Notes: a model not told the origin generated them from the letters alone. A DNA stretch of 16,826 bases from Candidatus Latescibacterota bacterium (GCA_041690195.1 JAWLHT010000092.1:1-16826); one strand, 5' to 3'; counted from the first letter of the stretch, positions 1-7,809 are shown. Translations and numbers: made by a program.

Positions 1-2538
1 CAGCCGGACATCACGAATGGGTGGAGACCCGCCGCCCGGATTCATGGAAAAGTTACTGACGACTATATCTCCCCCGGGATCAGGGTCACCCAGGGTACCA
101 CCGATGGAAACATCGTATGAAACGAGCCCGGTCAAAGATTCGACACTGGGAACCATGTCCTCGAACCAGACAAGCCGAAGGCTGTCTCCGCGCGCGGAGG
201 CCCGGAAAGAGCTTGCTCCGGTCACCGTATAGAATCCCGGCGTATCGATCAATTCGAGACGCGCGCCCGCCACCGAGTAAAACTCATCCCGGTACAGCCG
301 CAACGAATCCACCGTGACCACTCCGGCGTCGAGAGCGGCATTTCCGCCGATAGAGTCCAGATAGGCCGACCGCCAGCTCGGTCGAAGGAGGGAAAACCGC
401 ATATCGGCCGAAGGATTCTCCAGGGTCCCGGAAAGGTCTCCCGTAAAAAACAGCGTTCCCTGTACCTCGGGAAACGCGGGGAGCAATGAGCGCAACAGCC
501 GCAGTTCAACGCTTTCTCCCCGCACGGATGCGGTAACCGCGCCAGCTTCCTGACCCAGGTCGAAATCAGCGGCGAACGTCCCACTCGCGGATGGTCCTTC
601 GCCATCCGCTTTCCGCAGGAGATCGAGGTTCACCGAACCGGCCAGGTCCGTGTAGTCCAGCACGCCCCCGGCCGCTATCCTCAGGGAATCGTTTTCCAGG
701 GTGACCTGTTCGACGCGGACGGTGTCCCCGCGAACCAGGGCATGCAGCGAACCTTCTCTGAACCGGATTCCCTGATAGGCGAGGTCATCCATGTCCGCCC
801 GCAACTCGCCGCGGATATTATCGAGAGGACCGTCCGCCCGGGCGGTGTACTGGAGACTCCCGAACAGGCTGTCCACATGGAGCGGCGGACGGAGCGCCGA
901 AAGGGAATCAAGGCTGCCGGAAGCCTGGAGATCGGAGAGGATGACAGTCTGGTTGCGGTATGCCACGCCGCCGGTCAGCTCTTCCACCGGAAATCCGGAA
1001 TACTGAATTGACCTTCCGTTCACCTCTGCCCAGATATCCGGTGAGGAAAATGTCCCGTTCACCGTTCCCTGGGCGAATACGGTCCCGGAAAAGTCCGGGA
1101 TTCCCAAAAGTGGAGTATAATCGGCGAGTTCCGCCACCTCCGCCGAGAAGGTGCCACCGAGCCTCCGGCCCGTTACATTGACGCGGGCGAGCACTTCGGA
1201 CTCGCCGCTCACGATCCGGGCATCGGCCACTCCCCTTTCGAGCGTGGCGAACCCGACGACATCCGGAATGCTCCGGGAGCGCCAGGCCGGGTCATCCACC
1301 TCCAGCGCAACCGTGGCGAGGAGACGGTCGAGATCATCCACGGGGCCTTCCACCTTGGTCCATCCGCTGATGGAACCGCGGTACAGCGCTTCCGGGTCTC
1401 CCAGGAATTCCGCCACCCGGGATGCGTTCAGCCCCTGAAATCGTGCATAGGCATTTTCTGCGGTCAAATCCCCGGTCCGGAGCGTTCCCCGACCCCAAAC
1501 GGACCCGCCGAAAGTCCGGACCGCCAGGCTGTCCACCACGACCGAGGCATCGCGCCACGCTCCATTCAGATAGGCTTCGTTCAGGAGAACGTCGGCCACC
1601 CGGAGTCCGGGCGAGGTCAGGGTGTACCCGACCCGAATATTCCCCGGATTCCCCGCCAATTCGACCCGGAGATCGACCTCGCCGGACATTCTCGGGATTC
1701 CCGTGGAAAAAGCGGCCCGGAGAAATTCCACAATGTTCTCCGACTGACCGGTGAGCCGGAAATCTCCTGCCAGCAGGGAGTCCGGGCCGGAGTGGTAGAG
1801 CAGGCTGTCGCCGACCAGAGTCGCCTCGGGGAGACGGAGCAGCAGGTCTCCCACCAGCAGCCGTCCCGAATTCCAGTTGCCGTCTCCCTCCAGGAACGTC
1901 CCGGTGAGCAGACCATCCTTGTACGCGAACCGGATTGAATCCGCCTGTACTTCGAAGTCATACCCTTCACGGCCCCGGTTGACCACCTGCCCCTGCAATT
2001 CCCGAATCGCGGTATCCAAAGGAACGGTCCGGTCGCCGTAGTGCAGGTATGAATCCTCGATGGAAACCCGGTTCAGCACGAACTGCACCGGCCCGGGGGC
2101 GGCCTCCTCCTCCGGCTCGCCGCCCAATTCCGGCAGATTTGAGCTTCCGGAGGAGTCGACTACCACGTTGAGCAGCAGACTGTCGACCCGGACGGACTGA
2201 ACCACGAACTTCCCTCTCAGAAGCGGGAGCAGACTGTAGTTTACCGTAGCGTGCCCCAGGTTCAGGAGCGGCAGTATATCACCATCCGGCTTTTCCTGAT
2301 ATATGCGTACTGAACCGACCTGAGCCCGGGTGAGCAGGTTTGTTTCGAATTCTCCGATGCGCACTTGCTGGCCGAGGAACTGCTGGAGCTGCCGCTGCAG
2401 GATTCCCCTGACATAGCTCTCGCCCGGAGGAATGGAAACCAGCACCCCCGCCAGGAACACCAGGACCAACGCAAGCCCCAGGATACCCAGAATGGAAAGC
2501 ACCACAAGGCGCAGAATCCTTTCCACCGCATGTTTCAT
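1..2538 (-). CDS. AsmA/TamB-like membrane protein, 3'-truncated by the window edge. It has one N-terminal TM anchor and then more than 800 aa of beta-rich sequence.
   Basis: Hand translation of the reverse strand from ATG 2538..2536 reads MKHAVERILRLVVLSILGILGLALVLVFLAGVLVSIPPGESYVRG... and continues without any stop to position 1. It is absent from the ORF track only because its stop lies outside the window. The single N-terminal hydrophobic helix followed by a very long Gly/Ser/Asp/Leu/Val-rich repetitive region is the AsmA-family/TamB architecture. The family call rests on architecture only; the C-terminal DUF490-like part would be outside the window. Confidence 0.5.
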   Translation of the reverse strand, partial: MKHAVERILRLVVLSILGILGLALVLVFLAGVLVSIPPGESYVRGILQRQLQQFLGQQVRIGEFETNLLTRAQVGSVRIYQEKPDGDILPLLNLGHATVNYSLLPLLRGKFVVQSVRVDSLLLNVVVDSSGSSNLPELGGEPEEEAAPGPVQFVLNRVSIEDSYLHYGDRTVPLDTAIRELQGQVVNRGREGYDFEVQADSIRFAYKDGLLTGTFLEGDGNWNSGRLLVGDLLLRLPEATLVGDSLLYHSGPDSLLAGDFRLTGQSENIVEFLRAAFSTGIPRMSGEVDLRVELAGNPGNIRVGYTLTSPGLRVADVLLNEAYLNGAWRDASVVVDSLAVRTFGGSVWGRGTLRTGDLTAENAYARFQGLNASRVAEFLGDPEALYRGSISGWTKVEGPVDDLDRLLATVALEVDDPAWRSRSIPDVVGFATLERGVADARIVSGESEVLARVNVTGRRLGGTFSAEVAELADYTPLLGIPDFSGTVFAQGTVNGTFSSPDIWAEVNGRSIQYSGFPVEELTGGVAYRNQTVILSDLQASGSLDSLSALRPPLHVDSLFGSLQYTARADGPLDNIRGELRADMDDLAYQGIRFREGSLHALVRGDTVRVEQVTLENDSLRIAAGGVLDYTDLAGSVNLDLLRKADGEGPSASGTFAADFDLGQEAGAVTASVRGESVELRLLRSLLPAFPEVQGTLFFTGDLSGTLENPSADMRFSLLRPSWRSAYLDSIGGNAALDAGVVTVDSLRLYRDEFYSVAGARLELIDTPGFYTVTGASSFRASARGDSLRLVWFEDMVPSVESLTGLVSYDVSIGGTLGDPDPGGDIVVSNFSMNPGGGSPPIRDVRL

Positions 2539-2774
2539 GATCCAACCAGAAGGAATGTGAATGCGTCGTGCCGGTGATTGTCTCCCGAGGGAGAAAACCG
2601 GAAAAGGGAATACGCACCAGACACCGGAGGTTACAACCATCCCCGGGAATACACCGAATCGGTGAAAAGCGCGGATTTCTGCAAAATGCGGCACACCGTA
2701 TTAGTTAGTCGGCCGGGCAGATGTTTCCGCGCTCCGGCTGACGCCTGCCTTTACCCGGGAGATCCGGACTGTCC

Positions 2775-2810
2775 GGATATATCATGTGCTATGAAGATAT
2801 ATAAATATCC
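2775..2810. promoter_or_regulatory. AT-rich nested palindrome GGATATATC-N12-GATATAT-aa-ATATCC in the ORF-free gap upstream of the AsmA-like gene
   Basis: ATATATC (2777-2783) and GATATAT (2796-2802) are reverse complements, as are the outer GGATAT (2775-2780) and ATATCC (2805-2810). It is the most AT-rich stretch in an otherwise GC-rich region, between the encapsulin stop (3090) and the AsmA start (2538). Confidence 0.3.
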
Positions 2811-3089
2811 TCCCCAAACCAAACCATAATCCGTTCGGCATTGCGGGAGGATAGTGTGAATTCCACGGAACCGCATCCGGCAGGGGAGACCGTCTGTCCG
2901 ATCCAGCCTCCCATCCCAAGCCACAATCAGCAGAGCAGGGGAATTGACAAATTCACCGGTTCACCGACGCCCCAATTCTTCCGGTATACGGCCCGTCCGC
3001 TGTTCACCCGCCCCGAACGCCGGCACACCCTGTACGGGGAATCGCGCCTGCACGCAGAAATCAGTGTCCGGTCGTCCCGTGGGCCCCGG

Positions 3090-3905
3090 TCAGGCGGTGA
3101 GAACACAGATGGCTTCCGGGACGTTAATCTTGAGGAACAGGCTCTCCGAGACTGAAAAGACATATCCGCTCCCCTCCGGCCCGATGAACCCGGCCGTAAT
3201 GTCCTGGCCGAGCACGATCGAGGCGAACTGGGAGCCCGCGGCCAGGAGTACGCCGCCGGAGCCGATGGTCGCCGACTTGTAAATGCCGCCGGTCACCATG
3301 ACCTGGATGTGCTGAAGTTCGGTCATCATCCCCTGCTGATACCGCCGGAGGAGCCGGTTATACAGTTCCGGGGCCAACGCCAGCGTGTACGGCCCGGGGT
3401 AACCGGCACGGTCAAGTGTCGTTACCGCCTCGATCACGGTTTCAGCAGCGCCCCCCACGGATTCCCAGCCGGAGATCGCCACCGTCTTGCCGCCGGGGAC
3501 ATTCAGAAGACCGTCAACTTTCATGTCGGCGTCACCATTGAAGACGAGGCCGTCTTCCATCCGGGCAACCTCGCGGGCGGCTTCCATTGCGGGACGGATA
3601 TTGAAAGGAACATTCCCGTCTTCAAAGGAGGCGATTTCCCGAACCGGTATCCGGAATTCGGCATGTAGAAACGCGAGCGGCCAGGGAGCGCTTACCGAGA
3701 TGCTCGATCCGGCAGCCTGATTCTCACGCACCGTCCGTTCCTGCATGGGAAGCGTCCGCAGCCCCAAACCATAGGGACCCTCGATGTCCAGCAGTTTACG
3801 ACCGGACAGAATTCCCCGGGCGGCCTCGACCACGGCGCGGTCCAGCACACTCCAAACGTTCTGCTCGAACGGAGCATCGCCTCGATTCAGGTACTTCCCG
3901 CTCAT
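3090..3905 (-). CDS. enc: Family 1 encapsulin nanocompartment shell protein (HK97 fold, linocin M18-like)
   Basis: From my recollection of T. maritima and M. xanthus EncA, the translation shares blocks with them. GRKLLDIEGPYGLG aligns with GRKFVDVEGPYGWEY, EDGLVFNGDADMKVDGLLN with EDEVIFRGCEKSGVKGLLS, GPYTLALAPELYNRL with GPYTLVINTDRWINFL, LGQDITAGFIG with LGQDLSIGYED, and NVPEAICVLTA at the C-terminus with VNPEALILLKF. I prefer the second in-frame ATG (3905) because it has the SD AAAGGGG and gives MSGKYLNRGDAPF..., which aligns with the known N-termini. The ORF-track start at 3926 adds 7 aa and has no SD. The stop is at 3090. Confidence 0.9.
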   Translation of the reverse strand: MSGKYLNRGDAPFEQNVWSVLDRAVVEAARGILSGRKLLDIEGPYGLGLRTLPMQERTVRENQAAGSSISVSAPWPLAFLHAEFRIPVREIASFEDGNVPFNIRPAMEAAREVARMEDGLVFNGDADMKVDGLLNVPGGKTVAISGWESVGGAAETVIEAVTTLDRAGYPGPYTLALAPELYNRLLRRYQQGMMTELQHIQVMVTGGIYKSATIGSGGVLLAAGSQFASIVLGQDITAGFIGPEGSGYVFSVSESLFLKINVPEAICVLTA

Positions 3906-3929
3906 GGGCACCCCTTTCTGGTTCATTGT

Positions 3930-4286
3930 TCATCGCATGCTTCCAACGGTGCTGGGTGTATCGTCCGGGGAACCCACGGCACCGGTTTTCACCGCTTCGG
4001 CAATTTCCTCCACCTCCCGGGCGCCCTTGTCGAGAAGGTCCTGCTCGTCGGAAAGGAGCATGTTCAGGAGCTTTTGGAATTCTCCCACATGCACCCGCTC
4101 CTCGTCGGCTACATCCCGGAGCACCGCCGCGGCAAGCGCGTTGTCGGTGGCGTCGGCGAGCGCCTCATAGAGGTGAACCGCCTCCTCTTCCGCCGAAAGG
4201 CTCAACCTGAGCCCCCTGGTCAGTTCATGGAGAGTGATTTTTCGCCCCGGAACAACTCCGGAGAACGGATTCACGAATTCCGGCAT
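3930..4286 (-). CDS. Encapsulated ferritin-like protein (EncFtn) cargo with a C-terminal targeting peptide ...STVGSMR
   Basis: The ferritin-like four-helix core EEEAVHLYEALADATDNALAAAVLRDVADEERVHVGEFQKLL aligns with the EncFtn pattern EELEAV.WYDQR......DPEL..IL.H.RDEEKEHAAM.LEWL. The C-terminal tail GSPDDTPSTVGSMR matches the Family-1 cargo-loading motif of the (T/G)(V/I)GS(L/M)(K/R) type. The gene ends 3 nt before the encapsulin start codon region (TGA ACA ATG). Start 4286 (MPEFVNPF...) is preferred because of the purine-rich SD GGAAAGGAAAAGG. Alternative starts are 4304 (MGKGKG...) and the ORF-track start 4388. Confidence 0.85.
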   Translation of the reverse strand: MPEFVNPFSGVVPGRKITLHELTRGLRLSLSAEEEAVHLYEALADATDNALAAAVLRDVADEERVHVGEFQKLLNMLLSDEQDLLDKGAREVEEIAEAVKTGAVGSPDDTPSTVGSMR

Positions 4287-4311
4287 ACCTTTTCCTTTCC
4301 CCATACCGGTT

Positions 4312-4327
4312 CCGGAAACAATTCCGG
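4312..4327. promoter_or_regulatory. Perfect 6-4-6 palindrome CCGGAA-acaa-TTCCGG in the EncFtn 5' leader (candidate operator or 5'-UTR hairpin)
   Basis: Exact inverted repeat seen in the sequence, between the candidate -10 and the purine-rich SD of EncFtn. It does not resemble the Fur box; which regulator or RNA function it serves is unknown. Confidence 0.3.
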
Positions 4328-4340
4328 CCGCATATGGTTG

Positions 4341-4349
4341 ATTATGACA
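4341..4349 (-). promoter_or_regulatory. Candidate extended -10 promoter (TGTCATAAT) for the EncFtn-encapsulin transcript; no recognisable -35
   Basis: Minus strand GGGTGTCATAATCAACC: TG-n-CATAAT. It lies 55-60 nt upstream of the EncFtn start, and the palindrome CCGGAA-acaa-TTCCGG (4312-4327) sits between it and the SD. Confidence 0.3.
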
Positions 4350-4463
4350 CCCGCTGCTCCGGGTCGCGCCGAACGCGGCCGGAAACACGCGTCATGATGT
4401 AACCTGCCCGGCCGCATACGACGGGTGCACGGGTACAGCGGTGTCGGCGAGGAATACGACTGA

Positions 4464-4646
4464 TCACATGTTTCCCACAGTGTCCGGAGGAGCGATGGTG
4501 GTGGTATCCGGCATCGGCTCGGTCATGGTAGTATCGGCTCCGTCCATGCCCGGGGCCGGAGTCTCTTCCTGCTGCCCGCAGGCTAAAGCAATGAACGACA
4601 CGAATGTTACGGCGGCCAGTGTCTTCAGAAAATTCTTTCCTCTCAT
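4464..4646 (-). CDS. Small (60 aa) putative secreted lipoprotein, hypothetical. Its C-terminus DTVGNM resembles the EncFtn targeting tail.
   Basis: The internal ATG at 4646 is preceded by a perfect SD GGAGGA with a 7-nt spacer. The N-terminus MRGKNFLKTLAAVTFVSFIALAC|GQQ has n-, h- and lipobox-like regions (ALAC fits the PROSITE-style lipoprotein pattern). The mature part is acidic and Thr/Pro-rich. The extra 17 residues in the ORF-track version (4697) lack an SD. The ORF is small, hence the modest confidence. Confidence 0.4.
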   Translation of the reverse strand: MRGKNFLKTLAAVTFVSFIALACGQQEETPAPGMDGADTTMTEPMPDTTTIAPPDTVGNM

Positions 4647-4662
4647 CTCGATTTCCTCCAAC

Positions 4663-4679
4663 GAACGGATTTCCCGTTC
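4663..4679 (-). promoter_or_regulatory. Hairpin GAACGG-atttc-CCGTTC 4 nt upstream of the SD of the small lipoprotein-like ORF
   Basis: 6-bp inverted repeat abutting GGAGGA (4659..4654). A similar GGAACG-N6-CGTTCC hairpin occurs at 4815-4832 next to an A7/A4 run. Either could be a shared operator motif (core GAACG) or RNA structure. Confidence 0.25.
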
Positions 4680-5024
4680 CAGGTTGACCGGTTTCATGCC
4701 GCGCCGTCAGAAAACCTGATGCAGCATCCCTTTCACCTCGCGGAGCAACGACCCGCCATTGCCGAAAGTTCGCGGCAGTGCTTGAGGTGGAGCGGAGTGG
4801 TTCCCGCCTTCCGGGGAACGGCATGTCGTTCCGCAAAAAAACAAAATAGCGCGGAACATCTTCCTTTTGCCGCCCAGAGCCTCCTTTCACTGAAGGTTCA
4901 TATCACACCACCCATACCGTACACCCGTGCCGGGGAGAACGGCGCCCGGTTTGGCCGCTGAAAACGACCGTGATTCATACCCATCCACCATGACTCGTCA
5001 CCGTATCCATCATACCCGGAATCG

Positions 5025-6035
5025 TCACCTTGGCGGAAGGTTGTTTCCCAATCGCACCGCCTCCCTGACCATCTGATTTGAATATCCCCATTCATTATCG
5101 TACCAGCTCATAACTTTTACGAGATCTCCATCCACCACCTGTGTCATGGTAAGGTCCACGATGGATGCCCGGGGATCCTTGATAATGTCGGAAGAAACGA
5201 TCTGCGCTTCGTTCGCCCCCAGGATACCCCGGTACCGCTCGCTTTCCGCCTCTTCGCGGAAGATGGCGTTGATCTCTTCCGCCGAGGTAGACCGGGAAGC
5301 CAGAATGATGATATCGGAGATGGAGCCCACCGGAATCGGGCCGCGTACCGCCACCCCGTTGAACCGGCCGGCAAGTTGGGGGAGCGCCCGGGTTGTGGCG
5401 ATGGCCGCACCGGTGGATGTGGGAACGAAGTTCTGTGCGCCTGCTCTTCCCCGCCGAAAGCTTTTGGCCGGAGCATCGACAATGGACTGGGAGGAAGTAT
5501 AGGCATGAATAGTGGTCATTATTGCCTTTTTCACTCCTATCCGGCGATCCATGATCTCCATTACCGGGGTGATGCAGTTCGTGGTGCAGCTCGCGCAGGA
5601 CAGTACCCTCACCGAAGAATCGGAACGATCATTCACCCCGTACACAATGGTCTCGACTTCCTCGCTTTTGGACGGTGCCGAGAGGATGACGCTCCGCGCG
5701 CCGGCCCTGATGTGACGCTCCATGTCTTCCCGCCGGGTGAACTTCCCGGTGCATTCCAGAACGATGTCAACCCGGAGATCTCCCCAGGGTAGAGCCTCGG
5801 GATCCTTCTCGTGAAAAACCTTATAGGGCTTGTCATCTATAATCAGGGTATCGTCCTCCGAACGAACCGTCCGCTCATACCGGCCGTACACCGTGTCGAA
5901 TGACAGCAGGTATGCGAGGTTATCCACCGGAACCAGATCGTTGATCGCCACAAGCTCAAGTTCCTGGGTTTCAAGAATTACCTTGAGCGCTGCTCTTCCG
6001 ATTCTCCCCAACCCGTTTATCGCCACTTTTGCCAT
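5025..6035 (-). CDS. gap: Glyceraldehyde-3-phosphate dehydrogenase, type I (NAD(P)-binding GIGRIGR, catalytic SCASCTTNC)
   Basis: MAKVAINGLGRIGR Rossmann motif, catalytic Cys motif ASCTTNC, VPTSTGAA and WYDNEWGYS C-terminal blocks. The true start ATG 6035 is preceded by SD AAGGAGGA with a 7-nt spacer. The 83 upstream residues of the ORF-track version (6284) are junk. Confidence 0.93.
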   Translation of the reverse strand: MAKVAINGLGRIGRAALKVILETQELELVAINDLVPVDNLAYLLSFDTVYGRYERTVRSEDDTLIIDDKPYKVFHEKDPEALPWGDLRVDIVLECTGKFTRREDMERHIRAGARSVILSAPSKSEEVETIVYGVNDRSDSSVRVLSCASCTTNCITPVMEIMDRRIGVKKAIMTTIHAYTSSQSIVDAPAKSFRRGRAGAQNFVPTSTGAAIATTRALPQLAGRFNGVAVRGPIPVGSISDIIILASRSTSAEEINAIFREEAESERYRGILGANEAQIVSSDIIKDPRASIVDLTMTQVVDGDLVKVMSWYDNEWGYSNQMVREAVRLGNNLPPR

Positions 6036-6290
6036 ATATTCCTCCTTGCTTCTCCGATGGTACACAGTGGCTCCGAGAATAAAAAAGCAGGGCATACCGG
6101 GGTTACTCTCCGGCTCCGGTCCTTTCCTTCGTCTTTTCCCTACATCCCTGTTCCTGCTTTTTCGATGCTTCACGTGTGTAACCACCGGAACAATCAACCG
6201 GGCGGGAAATGCGTTTTCACCCGCCCACATTCGAAACCACTCGTCACCTGTCACAGGAAACGACGTATTCCCGCTTCCGGCCATCCAGAC

Positions 6291-7094
6291 TCAGACACTA
6301 TGCTGTACGTAATACTCGTATACCTCGTCCTCGAAGGCGCGGTCGGGCATCCGGGACGGGTCATACTCGGGTCCGAGTTTCACCACGTCTTTCCGGACGG
6401 TGATGAACACCCTGGATTCAGCCCAATCCACCCGGAGAATCATGTGGGGCAGGAGCAGAACATGTTTCCCGGGAAGAAAAGTACGGGTATCCACCGAGAG
6501 ATACCGGATCGCCCAGGTATCGTCGTCTATGATGAGATTTTCGAGATGTCCGATCTCACCGTCAGTGGCCTGGATGGGCCCGCCGATGGTATCCTTGACG
6601 CTCCGGATGTTGAATCCAATCCCTCCTACCGCCTCTGTTCCAGCTTCCCGGCGGTGCTGCTCCTCGGACGAGGGGGAATAATACCCGCGCGCCGCTCCGA
6701 AATAGCCCGGTTTGCGAATCTCCGGATAGCCGGGTTCGCTCACCCCGGGATATTCAGGGTAGCGGTTGATATCCCAATAAACCGGCCACTGGAAGAACGT
6801 ATTGATTTCCTCTTCCTTCTTTCGGGAAACGGGACGGCCGAAATCCACTTCCGGGCTGTTCCGGAGCGCATCCCGAGTCAGAGAGACCCCGAACCGGCGT
6901 GCATTCCAGTCTTTTTCCCCAAGAGCCTCAACGGATAGCAGCGCTTTACGGCTGGAAAACCACGAGTCCATATCAACCCGAAGGTATCGGATCACCCAGT
7001 AGTCCTCATCAAAATACAGATCGTCGACTTTCCCGATCTCTCCCTCTGCCCCATACACGCTGTATCCAATGATATCCTTTGCCTTTCGGAGCAT
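6291..7094 (-). CDS. Tandem PRC-barrel domain protein (two PRC barrels joined by a Tyr/Pro/Gly-rich linker)
   Basis: Two copies of the PRC-barrel signature. The first is KDIIGYSVYGAEGEIGKVDDLYFDEDYWVIRYLRVD. The second is KDTIGGPIQATDGEIGHLENLIIDDDTWAIRYLSVD. The start ATG 7094 (MLRKAKDIIGY) is preceded by SD AAGGAGGG. The ORF-track 5' extension to 7199 is Gly/Arg junk. Confidence 0.8.
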   Translation of the reverse strand: MLRKAKDIIGYSVYGAEGEIGKVDDLYFDEDYWVIRYLRVDMDSWFSSRKALLSVEALGEKDWNARRFGVSLTRDALRNSPEVDFGRPVSRKKEEEINTFFQWPVYWDINRYPEYPGVSEPGYPEIRKPGYFGAARGYYSPSSEEQHRREAGTEAVGGIGFNIRSVKDTIGGPIQATDGEIGHLENLIIDDDTWAIRYLSVDTRTFLPGKHVLLLPHMILRVDWAESRVFITVRKDVVKLGPEYDPSRMPDRAFEDEVYEYYVQHSV

Positions 7095-7272
7095 CAATCC
7101 CTCCTTGCGTGTTCTGAAAGCATCTCGATCACCTGTTCCTCCGATACCCGCACCGCGTCTGATAACCCCCCCGGCGACCAGGGGTCCACCGCGCATCACA
7201 GACGGTCACAATCTTTCTCACAGCCGCTCCCGGGCCGGGTCATGACAACCCCGCATCCGCCGAAGCCAGAGG

Positions 7273-7317
7273 TCACAAGAATGAACCGGGCCAAGACCCG
7301 GGTTACCCCGGCCCGGC
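7273..7317 (-). terminator. Candidate intrinsic terminator for the MarR gene, overlapping its stop codon
   Basis: Minus-strand RNA GGCCGGGCCGGGGUAACCCGGGUCUUGGCCCGG forms a CCGGGCC/GGCCCGG 7-bp GC stem, extendable by two G-U pairs. It is followed by UUCAUUCUUGUG (7 U of 12). Moderate quality. Confidence 0.3.
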
Positions 7318-7809
7318 CGGTGCAGGCGTATCCACGGGAGGGCGTCCGGGTTCCGGTTCGGGCGGATGCTCGTTCTCAAGCTCAAGCATGGCAGCCACCC
7401 GCTGCAATGTGGACAGGATCAGCGATTGCTCCCACTCGTTCAGCTTCCCATATTCCCGAAAAAACCGTTCCTGAAGGAGCGGAGGAGACTTCCGGATGAT
7501 TTCCAGGCCCGCCTCGGTCACCGATAACGGCGAATGAATCAGATCCTCCGCCTCCGCGCTCCGCCGAACCAGTTCACGCTTTTCCAACCGGTCCAGAATA
7601 TCGTTTACCGCGGGCACGGATATTTCCACCGTGGATGCCAGTTCACCGGCCGAAATTCCCGCATGTCTGCTGATTTCGCGCATCAGGAACAGCTGGGGAC
7701 CGGTCAGATTATGCGCGAGGAAGATGTTTCTCGAGTGTACATCGATGGCATGGGTGATCCGCCGAAGCGCAATGAGAACCAGTTCGTTCCGGGTATGGTC
7801 GGCATTCAT
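7303..7809 (-). CDS. MarR-family transcriptional regulator with a Pro-rich C-terminal tail
   Basis: Winged-helix MarR pattern (LTGPQLFLMREISRHAGISAGELASTVEISVPAVNDILDRLEKRELVRR). The ORF track begins at a TTG (7833). ATG 7809 (MNADHTRNELV...) has the SD AGGAAAAGGAA and lies a suitable distance downstream of the -10 of a near-consensus promoter. The tail ENEHPPEPEPGRPPVDTPAPAGPG is unusual for MarR. Confidence 0.85.
   Translation of the reverse strand: MNADHTRNELVLIALRRITHAIDVHSRNIFLAHNLTGPQLFLMREISRHAGISAGELASTVEISVPAVNDILDRLEKRELVRRSAEAEDLIHSPLSVTEAGLEIIRKSPPLLQERFFREYGKLNEWEQSLILSTLQRVAAMLELENEHPPEPEPGRPPVDTPAPAGPG

Noticed and set aside
2578-3155. Two small plus-strand ORFs (83 and 104 aa) in the encapsulin-AsmA gap, one of them Cys-rich
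   Set aside because: Both initiate at TTG without SD. They use codons (TTA, GTT, AGT, ATA) atypical for this genome, and the second overlaps the encapsulin 3' end. Treated as non-coding.
4815-4849. Hairpin GGAACG-gcatgt-CGTTCC followed by AAAAAAACAAAA, as a terminator
   Set aside because: The A-run follows the stem on the plus strand and the T-run precedes the stem on the minus strand. It is therefore in the wrong order for an intrinsic terminator on either strand. Kept only as a possible operator or structure.
4342-4890. 182-aa minus ORF spanning the small-lipoprotein region, and a 50-aa ORF at 4707..4859
   Set aside because: Arg/Gly-rich or featureless translations with no SD at a sensible distance. 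The 60-aa ORF with a perfect GGAGGA SD is the more credible coding unit here.
5025-6284. ORF-track starts that extend GAPDH (6284), MarR (TTG 7833), the esterase (11297) and EncFtn (4388) upstream
   Set aside because: In each case the extension is low-complexity with no RBS. An internal ATG with a strong SD coincides with the conserved N-terminus of the family.
6057-6938. 293-aa plus-strand ORF overlapping the PRC-barrel gene, and the 302-aa versus 267-aa start choice for that gene
   Set aside because: The plus ORF is antisense junk. For the real gene, the 5' extension (MMRGGPLVAGGVIRRGAGIGG...) is Gly/Arg filler with no SD, whereas ATG 7094 has AAGGAGGG.
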